Below, in pieces: positions 38,890 to 50,552 of a DNA stretch of 64,000 nt; position 1 is the first letter of the stretch; each line of letters starts with the position of its first letter. The position numbers and the translations under genes were made by a program. The notes under the pieces were generated by a model that did not search any database, was not told the origin of the DNA, and saw nothing but the letters and a program-made list of their open reading frames with translations. Source of the DNA: Vicugna vicugna (Eukaryota). Location of the stretch: contig MU058781.1 of NCBI GenBank assembly GCA_013265495.1, positions 1,282,963-1,346,962 of the forward strand. The letters run 5' to 3'.

Positions 38890-39448
38890 GACTGTCAAAG
38901 TCCTGACCCTGGTTCATAAGGCCCTATAAAATCTAGCTTCATTATCTCTTTGACTTCATCGCCTCCAGCTCTCCTCCCGGCTCACTCAGCTCTAATTATG
39001 GGATACAGGATCAGAATGTGGACTGACACAAAAGGTGACTAAGTGACTCACTGTTCCCCAAGCTTCAGGCATTAGGACCTTCGCACTGGCTGCTACCCCT
39101 GTTTGGAACCATCTCTTCCCGGATAGACATGTGGTTAAATCCCTCATCTGTCATGTCTTTGCCTAAACAGCACCCCATCTGTAAGACCTTCCACCATCAT
39201 CCTGTTTAAAAATTATCACCTGCACTCACACACTCTGGCCTCCTCCATCCCCCTTCCTCTGCTTTCCATTTGTTCCCACCTCTCTTATCACCTGCTAACA
39301 TATTTCTTACTATGTTCATGATTCATGGTCTCTTACCTCGCACTGGAATGTCAGCAACCCAAGGGCAGGACTCTCTGTCTCTGTCACTCACTGATGGGGC
39401 CCAGCACTTAGGAGACCCTTAATAAATATTTGTGGAATAAGTAAATCA
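38890..39448 (+). mobile_element. L2a 3' end
   Basis: 'ggaccttcgcactggctgct...cactggaatgtcagcaacccaagggcagg...aataaatatttgtggaataagtaaat'. Confidence 0.8.
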
Positions 39449-39449
39449 A

Positions 39450-39685
39450 GTGCTTGCTCTGGCTGTGAGCTGAAACTTGAGCCTTACTTAGAGCTTTACA
39501 TACTAGTGAATTTACTGCTCTTAACAAGCCCAGGAAGCAGGAGATATCACTCCGCCCATTTTACAGATAAATGAACTGAGACCCGAAACAAGCCTGTGGT
39601 CACACGGCCAATAAATGGCATCGTCCACATTCAAACTCAGATGCTCTTACTCCAGAACCTGTATCTTAACTATGTCAAGCTGCCT
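39450..39685 (-). mobile_element. MIR SINE
   Basis: 'cccattttacagataaatgaactgagacc...ggtcacacggcca...attcaaactcag'. Confidence 0.75.
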
Positions 39686-40309
39686 GGCCCTCAATAACTG
39701 TATAGTTCAGAGGAGGCAAATTAATACATGCGTTCTTTCAAGTCACTGGTTTATCTGAAAGTCCCTCAGCGGAGGCCAGCTAACAGCTTTTCTGGACTGT
39801 TTCACCCAAATCAAAGACAGAAGAAATTAAAGTGGGGAAAGCAAGGTGGATAAGGAAGTGAGCTATTAAATGCTTTGAGAGGATGGATGCATAATATGAA
39901 ATGAAGTCTACCTTCCAAACAGGATGTCCACAAAGGAAAACATCTGAGGGAAAAAAGTATCTCGAAAGCAAGCTTGCACTATTTTTGGAACTCAGCTCAG
40001 CTACGCACCAGGTAAAGCTGGTAGGAATTTGAATTTCTTCTACTATAGCTTTCATAGGAAAGTCAGTTCATGAAAGAAGTGGTCACGATTCAGCTGCACT
40101 CTGGTCCTCCCAGGAAGCTGCTGCTCTGCTCTGCTGGGTGAGAAGGAGAGTGTGAAAAATGGAGACTAAGACACACAAACAAAAAACTGATGGAGAGTTG
40201 AAGTTTTTTTGTGGGCCCACATGAAAAAAATCTGTTTACACACGTATTGTGAAATGGTGATGAAAATCAATGCATGCTGAATTAGATATTAAATGATGTC
40301 CTTTTCACA

Positions 40310-40479
40310 GGGGAGGGCACAGCTCAAATGGTAGAGCACATGCTTAGCGTGCACAAGGTCCTGGGTTCAATCCCCAGTACCCTCTCTAAAAATAAAGAAA
40401 GAAATAAACCTAATTACCTCCCCCCACAAAAGAACTAAATAAATAAATCACTCTTCAAAAAAATATTTAAGAAGACAAG
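40310..40479 (+). mobile_element. Camelid tRNA-Ala-derived SINE (Vic-1-like)
   Basis: 'ggggagggcacagctcaaatggtagagcacatgcttagcgtgcacaaggtcctgggttcaatcccc' plus tail 'aaataaacctaattacctcccc'. TSD gatgtccttttca at 40295-40307 and 40480-40492. Confidence 0.92.
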
Positions 40480-43400
40480 GATGTCCTTTTCAAATACTAC
40501 CCGGGAAAAATGTGTGGGGGTAAAAAAGAAAGTTTCTTTTTTTATTCCCTACTGCAAATACTTAGATGATCTTTCAACATATCAAGAAAAGATTCTTCTT
40601 TTTTAAAAAAAATTCACATATTTTTACCATGAAAATATACATTGGTTTAAAAAATCTTTTTTGTAAATGCAAAATTGCCAAGTGCAGAACAATGTTCTAT
40701 TGATACACTTAAATTTAGTTTAATTTTATAGTAATTTACATTCAGTTTCGATTAGTATATATTGTGATTTTCAAAATATAAATCCAGTTTTCTCAGCACT
40801 GATCCAAAACATTTTCTTTGCATCTTCTGATTCCCCTGGCTAAAATGTTATGAGCATCTCTATAGATTTCTTGTTCTTTTGAAAGTAATTTCATAATTGC
40901 ATTTTCTCAATTGTGAACTGTTTCCTGCTAATGACATCACAGCTCTACTGTATGACATTCTAATAGGCAATGAGGCCTTGACTAGATAATCTTAAATAAA
41001 TAAATACGTGAAAGAAATCATCTACCATTGTACTTGGTTTTAGTCCTTTATCCGTGGACCCGGTGTTTTAAAAGCATCAACAATCTCACCATTTACCTTA
41101 AATAAAAGCTCTTTCCACATGCTACCCTCACAAAAATGGGTCAAAGGTGATCAGATTTGATTCTGGAAGGAAGTTAAGTGACATCATGGAAAGAATTTTT
41201 GAAACATGAACTGAGATATTTAAAAAATTCAAAGTATTTTCTGGAATATCTGATAACCTGAAACGAGTTATTAAAATACATGATTTTTAAAAATTGGATT
41301 CAATAGCTCTATAACGAACCAGGAACTACAGATTTCAAAGAGGCACTGCCTTGGCGCTCACTGTGACAAACAGCAGAAGAGACACAGGACAGCCTTTCCT
41401 CGGCCTGCTGTTTTCACTAATTTGTGTTATTGGGTGATCAGAAATCCTTCCTTAAGGGACCAGCCACTGTCGTTCTGTTTTATTCCAGTGTTCCAAGAAT
41501 TCCTTTAGAGATTAAGAACAGATCCTTGGAAAAAGGATCCAATTTTTTTAGTCCAAAATTACTTCTCGGGACATCAGTGCAAAACACCCGACATGAGCTA
41601 ATCCCTTAAGAAAGGGGTATTTGATAACTCAGTAGCACAAATTAATTGTGAGGATGCTCAGGGAATCCAAATGCATTATGATTAATTTAATTCTTAAGAA
41701 ATACATTGAATAATGTAGTTAATCCCCATAAATGTAACCTAGCGGAGTGAAGATGGGGGTTGGTGTTCTCGCCCTTCTGTGACTTTATAAGCCAATAATC
41801 AGCCTGAAGACGGAGAAGCATATTTCACCTCTGCAGCTCTCCAGTCCACACGCTCGTAGGTCAGATTACGCCAGCGCGTAAACTATATTGCAAAGTGACA
41901 AATAGCATTTTGGGTGTAGAAATAGATGGAAACAGCTAATGCCTGATGACTCCACTACCCAATTTCATCATCTCTCCTATGGTAGAATGATTATGACCTT
42001 CTGATCAAGGGAAGGAGTCACGTCATAGGGAAAAGAGCCTGTGTGATGAACACATTTAAAGCTGAATGCATATATTGTCTTTCAGGGACTTAATGACTCA
42101 TCTTATTTTTTTCCCCGAGAGGTCCAGAGTTACAAAAGCATTATATTTTAAGTTGCGAATTCCTCATTACAGAAATGTTTTATGTACGGCTGCATTCAGA
42201 TTAAGCTTCTCTGGTGACATTAAAAAAATAAATCCAGTTATCATGTCTAGTTTATGGACTACCTGGCATGCGCCAGTGAGACACATTCAGCAAATAAAAT
42301 TGATAGTTTGTCAACTATCTTAAATAATATCTTAACCCCTTATTGCCGTGTGGCTTCTTTTCAAACAAAGACTGTCAGTGTCTTCAAGCCCTTTTTAGTA
42401 AAATCGTTAGCAGCCCAAAGGTAACATTTAAGCGGTCTAGAAAGGGGCTGAAGGCGAGATATTGCTTGTCTCCTAAAATTAAATACAGACGGCCAAACCA
42501 TAAAACCGAATATTCATCTGGTCAACAGCTGAGTATTCCAGATAAGTGATTTTAGAGGCTATGGCCAACCTTAATGGCTTTTTCATCTCACGGTAACCCC
42601 CCAAAACAGTTGGCGCACCATTGCATGTCCTGAAGCCTGAATGCTAGCTCAGACTTGCCTCCTTCTGGAGCAGTTACACCCGGGCGAGGGCAGCCTGGGA
42701 GAGACAAAGCCACGTCTTCCCGTCTGACTGCCACCTCTGTCTGTGTGAACTCACGCCATGAAGCTGAGGTCGCTGTCCCTCCATTTGCCTTCCGATGAAC
42801 GGCCATTGTTCACTTAGTACAGATGTCCTGAATGCCCACCCTGTGCTGAGTTACACCACTAAGTAATTCGTGGTCCTGCCCCAATTCCAGAGGAAGTGAC
42901 CCTCAAGTCGAGACAGCGAGAGTGAATCACAAGAGGTTAAAAAACAACACAGATTAAAATATCCACCAAAGGCAACTACAAAAGACGACCAAGCCAGCAG
43001 ATGACTAAATGATGGATGAGTGGGTCAGACAAGAAGCTTTTATGGAGGAGGTGACTCGGAGGTGGGCAGGCTGGAGGCAGGAGAAAGAACAGTTATTATC
43101 CGTTCACATTCGTGCACCCCCATACGGCTCGTGTGCAAAGCAAGCTTCTGGTTGAAGCACTCTTGTGGCTCTCCTGTGCCTTCTATCAGGCTCCCTTTTT
43201 CTGTTTTCCCAAAAGGAAGGGAGAAGATAAAGATGGTGATGTGGTCAGAGCCTGCAACAGAAAGAAAACCACCAGGGCTACAGCCCAGAACAGAAATTAT
43301 GTGAAAGAATCAAGCCCGAGGCTGATTCTTACTGGGAGCAGCAAGGAAAGTAGAGCAAGGGTGAGTGAAAGCTCAGAGAGCTGCCCTCTCCTGTGCTCAT

Positions 43401-44021
43401 CACCGCCACCCTAGAATCACCCCCCCGGCCCCCACTGGCAGGCCGGTGGACCAGCAGACCGCACACCACACCCCTAGGGCGAAGACCAACAGGGCAGGGC
43501 TTGGAAAGACAGCTGAACACTCTCCAGTCTCTAGAGGAGACCATGGCTCAGACCTGAAGATGGCAGGCGCGGAAACTGCAGAGCCAAAAGAGCAGTCTTT
43601 CCGTGCCTTGCTTTGTATTTTTCAGGTGTCAGCTGATTTTGCTAATATCTACCTTCTTTGTCAAATGGCGGGATCAATTTGTGCTCCACGATCTTCCCGA
43701 GGTACTTTTGAAGACTAATTAACTAATTCCAAAAGGACTTGTGGTTCTTGGGAGAAACGTGTTTAGGGTGGGAGTGTGACCCGTCCTCTTGGTCACATCT
43801 GCACTTAATGCTCAGGTTTTCCATCTTTGACACCCACAGAAGACATCCTGTTAAGAATTGTGTAACTGTCTGATCTCAGGACGCATTTAGTATACCATAC
43901 AGGGGACTCAAAGTATATGCACTATATAAATGAAAAATTGCGCATGTGAGCACGTTTAAGATAAGTAAGTATCGCATGCCTGTGATGTCCAGCTGCTAAA
44001 GGGGACTCACCGCTCACTCAC

Positions 44022-44090
44022 CCGCACCCTGCAGTGACCCACGGCTTTCAAAGGAGAGATTTTCTCTTTTGCAATCGGTCACTTAATATC
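44022..44090 (-). other. Candidate non-coding cassette exon (69 nt; 80 nt with the distal donor)
   Basis: Acceptor 'ctcttgacttgcttatttggcag|GAT'; tandem donors 'GCGG|gtgagtgagcg|gtgagtcc'. Stop codons occur in all three frames. Confidence 0.5.
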
Positions 44091-44204
44091 CTGCCAAATA
44101 AGCAAGTCAAGAGCAAACACTAACTCTTATTAGGGAGGAGATATTTAAATGAGAGAGTTAAAAATATTCTCCCTGCCTTCTTACTAAATGAACCGATAGG
44201 TTCT

Positions 44205-44696
44205 ACCACAGAATGCACAGCCTTAACAAGGAGGGAAATTCTGACACAGGCTACAGCATGGATGAACGTTGAGGACATTTTGCTGAGGGAAATGAGCCAA
44301 TCGCAGAGGACAAAGACTGGATGACTCCACTCATGGCAAGTCTCCAGAAGAGTAGACTCATAGAGACACAAGATAGAATGGGGGTGGCCAGGGGCTGGAG
44401 GCCAGGCTGCAGGGAGTGAGTGTTTGATGGGCACAGAGTTTAAATTTGAGGAGATGACAACTTTCTGGAGATGTGCGATGTGGTGGTGCTGTAACAGTGT
44501 GATGGTGCTTAATGCCATAGAATTATACATTTTAAAATGGTTTAAATGGTAAATTTGGTATGTGTATTTTACTACAATTTTTTAAACTGAAGTACAGTCA
44601 GTTACAATGTGTCAGTTTCTGGTGTGCAGCACAGTGTCCCAGTCTTGCATGTACATACATATGTTCGGTTTCATATTTTTACCACAATTTTTAAAA
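44205..44696 (+). mobile_element. L1MB-like 3' end with a nested younger L1 fragment
   Basis: 'gaaattctgacacaggctacagcatggatgaacgttgaggacatt...aaaatggtttaaatggtaaattt'. Confidence 0.88.
44583..44676 (-). mobile_element. Camelid L1 3' tip nested in the L1MB tail
   Basis: 'gaagtacagtcagttacaatgtgtcagtttctggtgtgcagcacagtgtcccagtc'. TSD ttttac(t/c)acaatttt at about 44567 and about 44677. Confidence 0.85.
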
Positions 44697-44704
44697 CCAG
44701 AATA

Positions 44705-44900
44705 TGAGAGTATATGATATCTGGGATTTGCCTTAAAATAATAAGGGCATGAGTTAGGTGGAGGCAAAATAAAATCGGCCGTTCGTGGCTAACTGTTAAA
44801 TAGCTGGGCGGTGGTTACCTGGAGCTTGATGATGTAGTATTTGCCTTCCTTTGTGTAGGTTTGAAATGCTTCATTACAAAAAAGTTTAAAAAAGAAAAGA
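44705..44900 (+). mobile_element. L1ME/L1MC-like 3' end
   Basis: 'tatctgggatttgccttaaaataat...tgtgtaggtttgaaatgcttcattacaaaaaag'. Confidence 0.7.
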
Positions 44901-46744
44901 AAAGCCAGAATGTAGAGCATGATCACAATTTTGGTTTTTTTTGAAGGATTATCTGCATATATATGCATGGAACGTGTGTAAGCTCGCATCGTTTGGGGGG
45001 AAAATGTAATATATGTTAAAAGAGAGTTACACAAGAAATGAAATAACACTCAACTGCACAGAATTCTGGCCTCTTCAGAAGGTGAGCCCTGGGCCATCTC
45101 CAGTCCTGAATTGAAGCGTGAGGACAAAGTTCTCGGGTTCCAGGGGAGCATTCCCTGAACCCAAAATTCATCCTTCACATGCACGCACGCGCTTGCACAG
45201 ACACACACGCACACACATTCTTCTGTTAGTTCCTCTTCCCCAGGTCAGATTGATGAGTGGAAGCTGCTAAGCCCTGGATTGACCCCTGGGAGCAGGGCCA
45301 GTGAGAGCAACCAGCAGGGCTCTGCCCCAGGCAGTCTCTCAGCAAAGAGCCCAGACGCTCAGACGGGGAAGAGGCTGCCCGTCCACACACCCAGGGCCAG
45401 TCCTTTTTAAAAGCACCTCAAGAAGAGACTTCAGTTGTGGCTCTTTTCATTAAACTCAGCCCAAGGCAAAGAGCATGAAACGGTTTTGATGTGTAAATTT
45501 CACTTTTTACCAATGAAAATTGCACACCAATTTTTATAAGTACACCACACACTCGCACATGCTTAATTTTAGGTCTTCTGCCCCAGTATTTATATGTCTC
45601 ATGGTCTCCCACAAAATAACAATGTGTTAGTCATCCAAATAGAATCCTAGGTTTTTCATAAGGCACGCTTTCTCTCTCTATGTGTGTGTATATATATCAC
45701 ATAAGAACTATTTCTCTCAATATTTACCTGTGGTTACCTCTTAGGAAGAATACAACCATAATTCTTTGGTAAAGGATGGAGTACAGCCATTATTTAACGA
45801 AGTGGGGCAAAATTGCATGCCATTTCCTCCAACAAGGGAAAAATTAAACTATACGATAAAGTTCTCTGGAAGCCCCAAATAAAATAATCACAAAGACAAT
45901 GAACCCCAACTGGAGCTTGACCAGGACCCCCTGGCTTCTGGGACACATCCAGAGGTGTCCCAAGGATCAGAAGTGGTCCAAGTCTCTAGTTTCCAGTCTC
46001 CAGTGGGTGATCCTGCTTGGACTTGGACAAAATGACCAGAGAGAGAACTATGCAGGTATTTTCCCCCAAAATATCAAAAGGCATTGAATGTCTTTCAATT
46101 TACATGCAGACTCACTCTTTGCTCTTCAAGGAAGGAGGGCAGGATGGACGTGTCCCCTGAGTACTGTGCTGCGGTGGGTCCTGATGCAGGTGCAGAACTT
46201 GGGGTAAGACAGCCAAACCTCACACATCTTTACCAGATGGAGAAACAAGCACAGGTGTACCAGGAGGCCCCCTGAAGAGGGTTCCTAGTGCTTATAATCA
46301 CTTCCACATCTGCTGTCCCTTAGGAACCTAAGAATATCTTCAGGAGTAGATGAGAACTGATGGTTGACTTCCAACAAATACTAGAGAAAATGGTGCTTGG
46401 GAACAAATTCCTGTGTCCCTGAAACTGACCATTACCAAAAATCTTACATGATCCTAAAATGTCTAGAAAAGCTTTTCAAAGCAAAAGGAAAAGGCTGTAA
46501 ACATCTATTACAGATTTTTTTCCTCCACATTCTTGTCATAGCTCGACAATTTTATCGGATTAGGAGACCTGCCTTCAACACCCCCCTGGCAGGTATGGTA
46601 ACCAGCACCACCTGTTTTCTGTATGAGGCTGACAGTGTGTTTCCCAGACAGTGACCGCTTTGCTGAGATTCTGAGATGAGTTCCAAAGGATGCACCTTAT
46701 GGCACAGTAAGGAGCTGGAGTGGCTCTCGCCTTCATTCAGACCT

Positions 46745-46872
46745 CTGTAGTCCTGGGAGAGGCGTTTTTGGCCAAATCACTTCCCCTTTCCGGGCTGAAA
46801 TGTTCACATCTGCAAGATGAAGGTTCTGGTCATTTCCAGGTCCTTTCCAATTCCAACATCCTATGATTCCAT
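46745..46872 (+). mobile_element. MIR3-like SINE fragment
   Basis: 'ttggccaaatcacttcccctttccggg...catctgcaagatgaagg...ggtcctttccaattccaacatcctatgattc'. Confidence 0.65.
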
Positions 46873-49129
46873 CAATAAATATCAGATGACAACTTTCTGG
46901 GAGTCTCTGGGAAGGGGGGATCTGAGCCAACAGTTTAACCAACACAGACAGTGACCTGACTGATAGCCTTTGAAACGAGAACTATGAAGAGCCACCGGGG
47001 CAGGCAGAACAAAAGCTCTGACAGCAGGAAGCTAGACTAAGCCTCTCTTTTCCCACCCGTCATTTCGAACACTCCTCTGGGTTTTCTGAGACCTTCCCTA
47101 ATTCTTCTCCCAGCTGACATGTCCACTTTCCAAATACCCAGAAATGAAACACATGTTATTCCTATGATCATCGACTGTGTGTCTTTCAATAAGCCATCTT
47201 ACCATCAAACCTCTTCCATTTTAACGTCTCTGCGTCCTTCCAACAACTGTATAATGAGGATCCAGGAAAACCAACGCACATCATCACAGCAAAAGACTCC
47301 TTTTAAAAAGCTGATCTGAAGTTCTAGTTTAAACCCCAAAATGACTAGAGTCGGGCGTATTTGTCATTTAACCCTTTTATTACGTAGAGACGCGAAAGCA
47401 GCTAAAGCTGGGATTTGGTTTTGCTGGTGTACTATCATTTTCTCTTCCTCCTGGCCTTTTACAATCACATCTTAAAGAATGCACGTAACATCAGCTGCGG
47501 AGTCTCTCCTCCTTCCATCCTCTCCCTTCTTTCTCTTTAACAACTGTCATCCTTTTCAGATTAGCCAACCATGGGCTATTATTTTACCCCAGAGATGCGA
47601 TAAGGCAGGTAGGAGAGCCGCCAACATGAAGGAAAAAGGAAGAGGAAAAAAAAAAAGTTGGGGAGGGGGGCGTTTAAAGCTCCTCATAAAATTAAATCTT
47701 AGATTTCAATTCTCCCTCATATTTTATTGTCTTTTCTTTTCTTTTTCCTGTGGTAAATGGTAATTAGAGTCAATAATCTTTTGCTGAGAGAGCACCTTGT
47801 CTCCACAGTGTTTATATCATCATCATCAAAGATCTGCCTTAAGGCCCTGGCGTGTTAATAATTTAAGGTGTGCACAGCCTAGTTATAGCAGGAAGCCTAG
47901 TTATTGAGTTTGTAAACCAGCCCATGATTTATGGGAACACCTTGCATGAGTCATGCTCATTAAATAAAATACTTCAGTTTAATAAGGAACATGGGGTAAA
48001 CTGTTCTTCCCGTTACGGGGTGAGTGTGCGATTGGAAATTGTTGAGTTCTGTCGCCGGGTTCACCAACACTATTTGCTCTTAATTGTGTTGGCAGGGCCA
48101 GGGAGGGAGGGCTGTGTGTCCGTGTGCATCTGTTCGTGCAAGCACAGGGCGCTGACCCTCTCCCTCCCCACACAGACTACAAGTCTAGAACTTTCTCTCC
48201 CCTGAGAAGCCGTATCTTAGAAGCCAAATCCTCTGATAGAGAGAATGTTAAATCTCCCTCTAAAAGGCTACTAATTAAGAAACCAGAAATGCTCATGGAA
48301 ATAAAATTACAAGAAAAAATCAATATAAGGTTGTTAAATGTAGCCTGCGTTTAAGAGCCATGGCCATGTTTTACTGTTAAACACTACGGTTTACTCATTA
48401 GGAATTCCTAAGCAGACTGAAACGGCAAAAGCCAAACATGGCATTCTGATCTAAGAGAAAATGCATACACAGGGTGCACATTTTCTTTTGAATGTCTCAT
48501 CTTATCTGGAGCTTTGAAAAAACTATCTGAATAATTTTGTTGGGTGTCAGTATGTACTGTTTCCTAACCAACATGGACCTGGTGAGCGCTTAGATTTCTT
48601 TGATGCTGAATTAATTGATGGGAGCTGGAAAAGATGAGGAAGTGAACTTGTGTGGTTTCACAGATTTCTGCATAAAGTGAACTTTGATATATGGTCGTGC
48701 TGATTGTTGTGTGATCTCTTGGGTGCTTAAAAAAAAACTTTCAAAAAGAAAAAAAAAGAAGAGTGAGGTAAGATACACTGAACTTTTATCTGTCTGATGT
48801 GTTTAAAAAACTCCTTCAACCTCCACATCCAGTCTATCTGGGGGCATTTCTAAGCATAGTCAGAAATGTTTGACAAGCAGAATCGCTAAAAGAAAATCAT
48901 TTGCATTCATTTAATACAAATCCGGTCGATTATTTATCGGCTTTCTTTAGAAAATGAATGTTTCCTGGAAAAGAGATGCCACTCTGAGGCAATTTGATGA
49001 GTGAGTAGGTGAACTTTGTGGTCTCTGTTTGACCACAGAGAAAATGGCTGATTAAATCATGGTCCTTCCCTCCCAGGAATCCTACCTGGTTTTTCGCTTC
49101 ATTTTGGGCTTTTTCTTTTTCTTATTTTC

Positions 49130-49303
49130 TGTATCTTTTTCTTTCTTTTTAAACCCTAGTATTTTATCCTTCTTTTTTGGAGGGGAGGGGAGGCAATTAG
49201 GCTTATTTATGTATTAATATTGTTTTATTGCTGGCACTGGGGATTGAACCCAGGACCTCCTGCATGCTAAGCATACACTCTACCACTGAGCTACACCCTT
49301 CCC
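49130..49303 (-). mobile_element. Camelid tRNA-Ala-derived SINE (Vic-1-like)
   Basis: 'ggggaggcaattaggcttattt...actggggattgaacccaggacctcctgcatgctaagcatacactctaccactgagctacaccc'. Confidence 0.92.
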
Positions 49304-50135
49304 ACCTTATTTTTCACTTTGATGCTCTGCTGGTGCTCACTGTTTGGAGGTGGGGCTTCCCATCCAGAAACCCTGTGCGCTGCGTTTAACTTCCTCAAGA
49401 CAGGCAAGCAGGTACTCACCTCCACATCCGTATCGCCTGTCCTGATTTAAATAAAGTTTTCCATCTTGCCTTTGGAGTAGGTAATACTATATTCCCTTTA
49501 TGATAAAAGAGAAATTATGCAACAGCACAAAACATAACGCACAATGAACACTTTGATGGGAGAATTTTTGAATGATAATTTCAAAACCATAGAGGCATGT
49601 CGATGGAGTTTTAGTTACACTACATGTCATAAATGACCTGGTTTCCCAAATATAGTCAATTCTGTCCAACCACAAAAAAATTAACAAGTACAGCCCGACT
49701 CATTTCTCTTCTAAGACCTATTTTATACCTTTCCTCTCTGTGCACAGAAATCTTATATCAAAAATTAGTTTCAAGTAGAAGTGCTTTACTCAAAACATTT
49801 TAAATTCCAAGCAGCCTCGTGGGCATTTTAATAAATAACATTTATTACCCAAGTCAGACTGTAAGCTTCCAGCAGACCTAAAATAGATATGTGTATTATT
49901 TTCCATATTATATTTAGCAGTGTCATGCAATTATGTTCTTACCAAATAATGATTCTGTTAACAGGAACTTATGCCATTATCTCATGCCTCCTAGGTTGGG
50001 CAGTGTTTCCTTTTCCTCTAATGGCACACAGCTCTGGTTTTACACAGAAGTTTTACAAATTCTGCTTTGATTTCAGAAATGTTGGGGTTTTTTTAATAAA
50101 TTAAATAGCCGCGAGTCATTAAGAAAATCTCCGCA

Positions 50136-50156
50136 TGTGTGTGTGTGTGTGTGTGT
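50136..50156. repeat. (TG)n microsatellite
   Basis: Direct reading. Confidence 0.9.
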
Positions 50157-50501
50157 TCTAATAAACTCACTTAAAGACAAGGAGACTAAGGCCACTGATA
50201 TGTTAATAAATATATCCAGTCATATAATTCTGGATTATTTAGGTTCTTCTGAGAGTGAATGTGTAACTATCATTCTTAGTGTTGCTATAATACTTTTCCC
50301 TCCTCTCAAGACCTCAGAGCTTCCTCTTTTTTCTTCCCACCTCCTCCCCATCCAGCCTCTGAAGAGGAAGATTCCTCAAATTGAAGAGCTCCGTATCCAC
50401 GGTGCCTGGACAAGTCACAGAGGACTCGGTCCCTAAACCCTGCTCTGAGGAAGGCCCGTGGGACGAAGCCACCTCCTCCAGAAGCAGCCCTCTTAGTAGA
50501 A

Positions 50502-50552
50502 TCCAAGACCATGCTCCACGCTCCAAGACCATGCTCCACGCTCCATGACCAT
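50502..50552. repeat. 20-bp tandem repeat, about 2.5 copies (tccaagaccatgctccacgc)
   Basis: Two identical units plus a partial third. Confidence 0.92.
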
